The position numbers were made by a program, and so were the translations under genes. The notes beneath the pieces were generated by a model, which searched no databases, was not told where the DNA came from, and saw nothing but the letters and a program-made list of their open reading frames with translations. From a bacterium (GTDB taxonomy: Bacteria; Krumholzibacteriota; Krumholzibacteriia; LZORAL124-64-63), in contig JANOEP010000037.1 in NCBI GenBank assembly GCA_031441465.1, positions 1 to 40,619 on the forward strand: a DNA stretch of 40,619 nt, written 5' to 3'. Below, in pieces: positions 34,379 to 40,619 of the stretch (positions are counted from its first letter, which is position 1; each line of letters begins with the position of its first letter).

Positions 34379-37192
34379 TTGATCGAGACCATCCGCATCC
34401 GCGGCGCCCGCCAGCACAACCTCAAGGGTTGCGACGTCGACATCCCGCGCGGCCGCCTGACGGCCGTCTCGGGCGTGTCGGGGTCGGGGAAGTCCTCGCT
34501 CGTCTTCGACACGCTCTACGCCGAGGGCCAGCGCACCTACGTGGAATCCCTGTCGACCTACGCGCGCCAGTTCCTGGAGCGCATGCCCAAGCCCGACGTC
34601 GACTGGATCGACGGCATCAGCCCCGCGATCGCCATCGAGCAGCGCAACGCGGCGCGCAGCGGCCGCAGCACCGTCGGCACGGTCACCGAGATCAACGACT
34701 ACCTGCGCGTGCTCTTCGCGCGCATCGGGCGGATCGTCTGCCCGGACTGCCGTGAAGCGGTGGTGCCGGAGACGCCGGCTTCGGTCTGGCGCGAGACGTG
34801 CAAGCAATGGCCGGCCGACGCGACGGTGCTCGTGGCCTACCCCCAGGAGATCAGCAGCGACGGTTCGCGCAGCGGCTGGGCCGAGCCGCTGCTGGCGCAG
34901 GGCTACCGTCGCGCCGTGGTGGGCGGGGTCCTGGTGAGGCTGGACGAGGCCGGCGAGCCCGGTGCGCCGCGACCGCGGGCCGGCGACGTCGTCGACGTGG
35001 TCGTGGACGCCGTCACGCTGGCGGCGGGTCAGAAGTCGCGCTTCGCCGAGGCCGTGGAACTGGCGCTGCGCCAGGGCGGCGGCTGGGTCGCGGTGCGCTC
35101 CGGCGAGGAGCGCCGCGCCTTCTCGTCGCGCCTGGTCTGCAACGGCTGCCGCCGCGAGTTCCCCGCGCCCACGCCGCACCTGTTCTCCTTCAACTCGCCC
35201 CAGGGGGCTTGCGCCGCCTGCAACGGTTTCGGCAATCGTCTCGAATTCGACGAAGAGAAGATCGTCCCCGACGACACCCTGTCGCTGCTCGACGGGGCGG
35301 TGCGGCCCTGGCGCACGCCGGCCTTCGCCCGCGCGCACGCCGGGCTCATCCGCTTCGCCCGCCGCCGCGGCATCCCGGCCGACCTGCCCTGGCGCAAGCT
35401 GACCCGCGCCCACCAGCGCGAGGTGCTCGAGACGCAGGAGGCCAACTACACGGGGATCCTGCCGTTCCTGGAGGAGATGCGGCGCGAGATGAAGAAGGGC
35501 CACCACCGCTTCTTCACCCGCCGCTTCATGGGCGATTCGCTCTGCCGCGCCTGCGGCGGCTCGCGGTTGCGGAGCGAGGCGCTCGCCGTGCGCGTCGGGC
35601 AACTGGATGTCGGCATGCTGGGCCGGTTGTCGCTGGGGGAGGCCCTGCAGCGGATGGAAGGACTGCGGCTCTCCCGCGCCGACCTCGCCGCCGCGGGCGA
35701 CGTCCTGGACGAGGTCCGCAACCGGCTGCGCTTCCTGAACCGGGTCGGGCTCGACTACCTGACGCTGGACCGGCTCACGCGCACGCTGTCCGGCGGCGAG
35801 GCCCAGCGCATCCACCTGGCCAACGCCCTCGGCTCGCGCCTGACCGACACGCTCTACGTCCTGGACGAGCCCACCGCCGGCCTGCACGCCGCCGACGTCG
35901 AGCGCCTGATCGGCACGCTGCGCGACCTGGTCGAGGGCGGCAACACGGTCGTCGTCGTGGAACACGACCTGGCGGTGCTGCGCGCGGCGGAGCACTTCAT
36001 CGAACTGGGACCGGGCGCCGGCAGCCACGGCGGCGAGGTCGTCTTCCAGGGGCCGCTCGCCGAGCTGCTGGCTTCGGGCCTGACGCTGACCGCCGAGTAC
36101 CTGCGCGGCGAGCGGGTGTTGCCCAAGCTCGCACCCAAGCGCGAGGAGACGCGACGCCAGCTGACCGTCCGCGGCGCCCGCCGGCACAACCTGCGCAACC
36201 TCGACGTCACGATCCCCCTGCAGCGACTGGTCTGCCTGACCGGCGTCTCGGGTTCGGGCAAGAGCACGCTGATGGGCGCCTGCCTCCACGACGGGCTGAC
36301 CGGCAAGGAGGCCGGCGGCAAGGAACGCGCGCGGCCCTTCACCGGCTTCCAGGGCGCGCACTGGATCGACCAGGTCGTGCTCGTGGACCAGTCGCCGATC
36401 GGCAAGTCCAGCCGCTCCAACCCGGCCACGTTCCTGGGCGTGCTGTCGCCCATCCGCGAACTGTTCGCCGCGACCCCCGACGCGCGCGTGCGCGGTTTCC
36501 CGCCTGGGCGCTTCAGCTTCAACACCGCCGGCGGGCGCTGTCCGGAATGCCAGGGACTCGGCGAGCACCGGGTCGAGATGCACTTCATGGCCGACATCAG
36601 CGTGCCCTGCGAGGTGTGCGGCGGCAGCCGCTTCAACCCCGCCACGCTCGAGGTGCGTTGCCAGGGTCGGACCATCGCCGAGGTGCTGGCGATGACCGTC
36701 GAGGAGGCCCTGGCCTTCTTCCGCGGCGAGAACGCCCTGCGCGACAAACTCTGGATTCTCAAGAAGGTCGGCCTGGGCTACCTGACCCTCGGCCAGTCCG
36801 CCACGACCCTCTCGGGGGGGGAGAGCCAGCGCCTGAAGATCGCGCGCGAGCTGTCGGCGCCGTCGGGCAAGCACAACCTCTACCTGCTGGACGAGCCGAC
36901 CACGGGCCTGCACATCCACGACGTGGCGGACCTGCTGCGCGTCCTGCACGATCTGGTCGCCCAGGGCCAATCCGTCGTGGTCGTCGAGCACAACCTGGAC
37001 CTGATCGAACAAGCGGACTGGATCATCGACCTGGGACCGGGCGGCGGGGACGCCGGCGGTTCCGTGGTCGCCGCCGGCACGCCGGCCGAGATCGCGGCCT
37101 GCAAGGAATCGGTCACGGGGCGCTACCTGGCCGCCCGCGGCGCGGGCCGCGGCCGCCGTCGCCCGGTCACGGCCAAGAAGGAGGAGCGATGA
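34379..37192 (+). CDS. uvrA: Excinuclease ABC subunit A
   Basis: GARQHNLK, GVSGSGKSS, FSFNSP.GAC, LSGGEAQRI, second Walker A GVSGSGKST, LSGGESQR; TTG start after GAGGA. Confidence 0.93.
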   Translation: MIETIRIRGARQHNLKGCDVDIPRGRLTAVSGVSGSGKSSLVFDTLYAEGQRTYVESLSTYARQFLERMPKPDVDWIDGISPAIAIEQRNAARSGRSTVGTVTEINDYLRVLFARIGRIVCPDCREAVVPETPASVWRETCKQWPADATVLVAYPQEISSDGSRSGWAEPLLAQGYRRAVVGGVLVRLDEAGEPGAPRPRAGDVVDVVVDAVTLAAGQKSRFAEAVELALRQGGGWVAVRSGEERRAFSSRLVCNGCRREFPAPTPHLFSFNSPQGACAACNGFGNRLEFDEEKIVPDDTLSLLDGAVRPWRTPAFARAHAGLIRFARRRGIPADLPWRKLTRAHQREVLETQEANYTGILPFLEEMRREMKKGHHRFFTRRFMGDSLCRACGGSRLRSEALAVRVGQLDVGMLGRLSLGEALQRMEGLRLSRADLAAAGDVLDEVRNRLRFLNRVGLDYLTLDRLTRTLSGGEAQRIHLANALGSRLTDTLYVLDEPTAGLHAADVERLIGTLRDLVEGGNTVVVVEHDLAVLRAAEHFIELGPGAGSHGGEVVFQGPLAELLASGLTLTAEYLRGERVLPKLAPKREETRRQLTVRGARRHNLRNLDVTIPLQRLVCLTGVSGSGKSTLMGACLHDGLTGKEAGGKERARPFTGFQGAHWIDQVVLVDQSPIGKSSRSNPATFLGVLSPIRELFAATPDARVRGFPPGRFSFNTAGGRCPECQGLGEHRVEMHFMADISVPCEVCGGSRFNPATLEVRCQGRTIAEVLAMTVEEALAFFRGENALRDKLWILKKVGLGYLTLGQSATTLSGGESQRLKIARELSAPSGKHNLYLLDEPTTGLHIHDVADLLRVLHDLVAQGQSVVVVEHNLDLIEQADWIIDLGPGGGDAGGSVVAAGTPAEIAACKESVTGRYLAARGAGRGRRRPVTAKKEER

Positions 37193-38166
37193 GGGTGCTG
37201 GTCACCGGCGGCGCCGGCTTCATCGGCAGCGTCACGACGCGGGTCCTGCTCGCGCGGGGCCACGACGTCGAGGTCCTCGACGACTTCAGCACGGGCCACC
37301 GCGCGGCGCTGCCGCCGGGGATCCCCCTGCACGAGGGCTCGCTCCTGGACCAGGGATTCGTGGACCGCGTGCTGGCCGCGCCCTACGACGCGGTGCTGCA
37401 TTTCGCGGCCTTCAGCCTGGTCGGGGAGTCCGCGGCGCAACCGTTGAAGTATTACCGCAACAACGTGGGCGGCAGCGTCAACCTGCTCGACGCCGTCGCG
37501 CGCGCGGGCGTCCATCGCTTCGTCTTCTCCTCGACGGCCGCCGTCTACGGCGAACCGGACGAGATGCCGATCACCGAGCAGGCGCCGACCCGGCCGGTCA
37601 ATCCGTACGGCCACACCAAGCTGGCGATCGAGTGGGCGCTGGCCGACACGGCGGCGGCCGCCGGTTTCCCGGCCGTGGCGCTGCGGTACTTCAACGCGTG
37701 CGGCGCGACGGCGGAACTCGGGGAGGATCACGACCCCGAAACCCACCTGGTCCCGCGCCTGCTGCGGTCGCTGCTGGACCCGGAAGTCGGTTTCGCCGTC
37801 TTCGGCGACGACTACCCGACGCCCGACGGCACCTGCATCCGCGACTACGTCCACGTCGCGGACCTGGCCGAAGCCCACGCCCTGGCCCTGGAAGCCGACG
37901 TGCGGTCCGGACTGAGCGTCTACAACCTCGGCAGCGAGACCGGCGCCTCGGTGCGGGAGATCCTGACCGCCGCCGCGGCGGTGACCGGGCACGTACTCGA
38001 CCCCCTGATCGAGCCGCGGCGACCCGGCGACCCGGCGCGGCTGGTGGCGGGCAACGAGCGCGCTCGGCGCGAATTGGGCTGGCGCCCCCGCTCCAGCGAC
38101 CTGCCGGCGATCCTGGCCGACGCCTGGAACTGGCACCGGGCCCATCCGCGAGGCTACCGCGGCTGA
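37189..38166 (+). CDS. galE: UDP-glucose 4-epimerase
   Basis: VLVTGGAGFIGS, FSSTAAVYG, YGHTK, LRYFN, ETHLVP, DGTCIRDYVHV. Confidence 0.95.
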   Translation: MRVLVTGGAGFIGSVTTRVLLARGHDVEVLDDFSTGHRAALPPGIPLHEGSLLDQGFVDRVLAAPYDAVLHFAAFSLVGESAAQPLKYYRNNVGGSVNLLDAVARAGVHRFVFSSTAAVYGEPDEMPITEQAPTRPVNPYGHTKLAIEWALADTAAAAGFPAVALRYFNACGATAELGEDHDPETHLVPRLLRSLLDPEVGFAVFGDDYPTPDGTCIRDYVHVADLAEAHALALEADVRSGLSVYNLGSETGASVREILTAAAAVTGHVLDPLIEPRRPGDPARLVAGNERARRELGWRPRSSDLPAILADAWNWHRAHPRGYRG

Positions 38167-38312
38167 ATCCCGGCGAATGGGGGATGGCTCCGCGGCGGGG
38201 ACGGGTGTATCATGGCGATCGGAATAATGCCGGTGGACGGCTTGACAGGGGTCGTGCGGGAGTGTTTACTTCCCGGACCGTCGCCGCAGGGCGGCGGTTC
38301 CGCGCTTTGTGT

Positions 38313-38388
38313 GCCTGGGTAGCTCAGTTGGTAGAGCACATGACTGAAAATCATGGTGTCGGTGGTTCAACTCCGCCCCCAGGCACCA
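38313..38388 (+). tRNA. tRNA-Phe(GAA)
   Basis: Acceptor GCCTGGG/CCCAGGC, anticodon arm CATGA-CT GAA AA-TCATG, CCA. Confidence 0.97.
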
Positions 38389-38407
38389 CTTCTCGTCCGA
38401 CGTTCGA

Positions 38408-38483
38408 GCCGATGTAGCTCAGCTGGTAGAGCAGCTCACTCGTAATGAGCAGGTCTGGGGTTCGAGTCCCCACATCGGCTCCA
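38408..38483 (+). tRNA. tRNA-Thr(CGT)
   Basis: Acceptor GCCGATG/CATCGGC, anticodon arm GCTCA-CT CGT AA-TGAGC, CCA. Confidence 0.97.
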
Positions 38484-38563
38484 CCGTCTTGCGCCGCCCG
38501 ACCCGCCGCCTTGCATGGCCGGCTCCGCCGGCTTTGTGCCTACGACCGACGAAGGAGACCGCG

Positions 38564-39910
38564 TTGGCCCTGCGCATCAGCGTTTCGGGGATCCGGGGCA
38601 TCATCGGCGACGGGCTCGACGCCGTCGTCGCCGCCCGCTGGGCCGCCGCCTTCGGCGCCTGGCTGCCGCCGGGACCGGTCGTGGTCGGCCGCGACACCCG
38701 CCCTTCCGGTCCGGTCCTGCTGGACGCCGTGACGTCGGCCCTGCGCTCGACCGGCCACGACGTCGTCGACATCGGCGTCGCCTCGACGCCCACGACCGAG
38801 ATGGAAGTCCAGGAGAGCGAGGCCGTCGGCGGCGTGATCATCACCGCGAGCCACAACCCGCAGCCATGGAACGCGCTCAAGCTGCTCGACGGGCGGGGGC
38901 TGTTCCTGGGCGCCGCGGCCAACGCGGCCCTGCAGTCGTTGCTGGACACCGGCCGGGGCCACGTCGCCTGGGACCGCCTCGGCGGGCTCACGCGACGTGA
39001 CGGCGCCGATGCGCGGCACATCACCGCCCTGCTGGACCTGCCCTGGCTGGACCAGCGGGCGATCGCCGCCCGCGGCTTCACGGCCGTCGTCGACGCCGTG
39101 GAAGGCGCCGGCGGCAATCTGGTGCCGGAACTGCTCGCCGCGCTGGGCGTCCGCTGCGTGCCCCTGCACTGCGGCCTGACGGGTCTGTTCCCGCACCCGG
39201 CCGAACCGACGCCCGCGAACCTGGCCGATCTGAGCGCGGCGGTCCGCCGCGAGGGCGCCGACCTCGGCTTCGCCGTCGATCCGGACGTGGACCGGCTGGT
39301 CCTGGCCGACGCGACGGGCCGCGTGCTGAACGAGGAATTCACGCTCGCCGTCGCCGCCGATTTCCTGCTCGGCCGCGAGAAGGGCCCGGTCGCGATCAAC
39401 CTCTCGACCACCTCGCTGGTCGAGGTCGTGGCCGCCCGGCACGGCGTCGCGGTGACCCGCACGCCCGTCGGGGAGGCCAACGTCGTCGACGCCATGTTGC
39501 GCGAAGGCGCGGTCGTCGGCGGGGAGGGCAACGGCGGGGTCATCTACCCGGCGCTGCACCCGGGGCGGGACGCCCTGGTCGGGATCGCCATGGTCCTGCA
39601 GCACCTGGCCGACACGGGGCTTTCCCTGGCCGACCTCGTCGACGGGTACCCCCCGGTGGCCATGATCAAGGACAAGTTCGATCAAGAAGGCCCGTTCGCG
39701 ACCGATATCATCAAAGCGGGACTGGGAGTCGCGTTGGGCGCGGGCGTGGTCGACGACCGTGACGGCCTACGCTGGTCCGGCCCCGCCGGCTGGGTGCACA
39801 TGCGCCCGTCGAACACCGAACCCATCGTCCGCGTGATTGCGGAGGCCGCCAGCGAGGCGCTGGCGCGGGACCTCGTGTCCCGCGCGCGTGCCCTGTGCGA
39901 GCGGGCCTGA
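38564..39910 (+). CDS. glmM: Phosphoglucosamine mutase
   Basis: SVSGIRG, GRDTR, ITASHNP, DPDVDR, VGEANV, GGEGNGG, RPSNTEP; directly upstream of glmS; TTG start after AAGGAG. Confidence 0.88.
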   Translation: MALRISVSGIRGIIGDGLDAVVAARWAAAFGAWLPPGPVVVGRDTRPSGPVLLDAVTSALRSTGHDVVDIGVASTPTTEMEVQESEAVGGVIITASHNPQPWNALKLLDGRGLFLGAAANAALQSLLDTGRGHVAWDRLGGLTRRDGADARHITALLDLPWLDQRAIAARGFTAVVDAVEGAGGNLVPELLAALGVRCVPLHCGLTGLFPHPAEPTPANLADLSAAVRREGADLGFAVDPDVDRLVLADATGRVLNEEFTLAVAADFLLGREKGPVAINLSTTSLVEVVAARHGVAVTRTPVGEANVVDAMLREGAVVGGEGNGGVIYPALHPGRDALVGIAMVLQHLADTGLSLADLVDGYPPVAMIKDKFDQEGPFATDIIKAGLGVALGAGVVDDRDGLRWSGPAGWVHMRPSNTEPIVRVIAEAASEALARDLVSRARALCERA

Positions 39911-39926
39911 CGGCGAAGGAGCAGCC

Positions 39927-40619
39927 ATGTGCGGGATCGTCGGCATCACAGGCGACAAGCAGGTCGCGCCCATCCTGATCGAGGGCCTCAAGCGGCTCGA
40001 GTACCGCGGCTACGACAGCGCGGGCATCGCGGTGATCAACGAAGGTCTGAAAGTCGTGAAGCAGGAGGGCAAGATCAAGGCCCTCGAGGCCGAGGCGGCC
40101 CACCACGACCTCAGCGGCACCTGCGGGATCGCCCACACGCGCTGGGCGACGCACGGCGCGCCCAACCGCATCAACGCCCACCCGCACCAGGACGACGACG
40201 GTCGCCTGGCGCTGGTGCACAACGGCATCATCGAGAACTACACGGTGCTCAAGACTCAGCTGGTCAAGCAGGGGCACACCTTCAAGTCGGAGACCGACAC
40301 CGAGGTCCTGGCCCACCTCATCGCCCACCACTACAAGGGCAACCTCGAGGAGGCGGTCCAGAAGGCCCTGTCGCTGGCCGAAGGGACCTACGGCATCGCG
40401 GTGATGCACGCGGACGAGCCGGGCAAGATCGTCGGCGCGCGCAAGGGCTCGCCGTTGGTCGTGGGCGTGGGCCAGGGCACCAACTACCTGGCCAGCGATG
40501 TGGCGGCGATCCTGGGCGAGACGCGCCAGGTCATCTACCTCGACGACGGCGAACTCGCGGTGCTGACACCGGACAACGTCCGCGTCCTGGGCATCCGCAA
40601 CGAGCTGCTGACCAAGGAG
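39927..40619 (+). CDS. glmS: Glutamine--fructose-6-phosphate transaminase (partial, runs off window)
   Basis: MCGIVG, LKRLEYRGYDSAG, AHTRWATHG, HNGIIENY, SETDTEV. Confidence 0.96.
   Translation, partial: MCGIVGITGDKQVAPILIEGLKRLEYRGYDSAGIAVINEGLKVVKQEGKIKALEAEAAHHDLSGTCGIAHTRWATHGAPNRINAHPHQDDDGRLALVHNGIIENYTVLKTQLVKQGHTFKSETDTEVLAHLIAHHYKGNLEEAVQKALSLAEGTYGIAVMHADEPGKIVGARKGSPLVVGVGQGTNYLASDVAAILGETRQVIYLDDGELAVLTPDNVRVLGIRNELLTKE

Noticed and set aside
39911..39926. glmS ribozyme
   Set aside because: The glmM-glmS gap is only 16 nt, with room for an RBS only.

Overview
A high-GC bacterial chromosomal segment, mostly housekeeping and envelope genes. Gene order (ileS-dksA/traR-lspA, PorU-like C25 protein, waaA, GT9) points to a diderm FCB-superphylum bacterium, possibly Krumholzibacteriota/Latescibacterota-like; this placement is inference. 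Contents in order: N-terminally truncated ileS joined to ~490 bp of apparently unrelated sequence, dksA-like, lspA, RluA synthase, STAS/anti-sigma pair, ruvX, mltG, a small membrane ORF overlapping tRNA-Val, three secreted proteins, a C25 peptidase-SpoIID-NagZ operon, tRNA-Asp, a fourth secreted protein, an M49 peptidase, a 9-heme collagen-stalked lipoprotein cytochrome, an M1 aminopeptidase, queE/queC, waaA/GT9, two CNNM/CBS proteins, DUF1844, a TSP3-repeat protein, mazG, uvrA, galE, tRNA-Phe/Thr, glmM and partial glmS. The best candidate for an undescribed system is at 7.7-18.7 kb. Three secreted proteins there share a 16-17 aa C-terminal tag (VA[NT]E[DE]xSW[SG]x[VI]K[AT]LY) and flank a PorU-like C25 transpeptidase. 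Their beta-rich domains look cohesin-like, and a dockerin-like protein is encoded directly upstream. Together these suggest a short-tag surface sorting/assembly pathway. No integrase, transposase or CRISPR array was seen.
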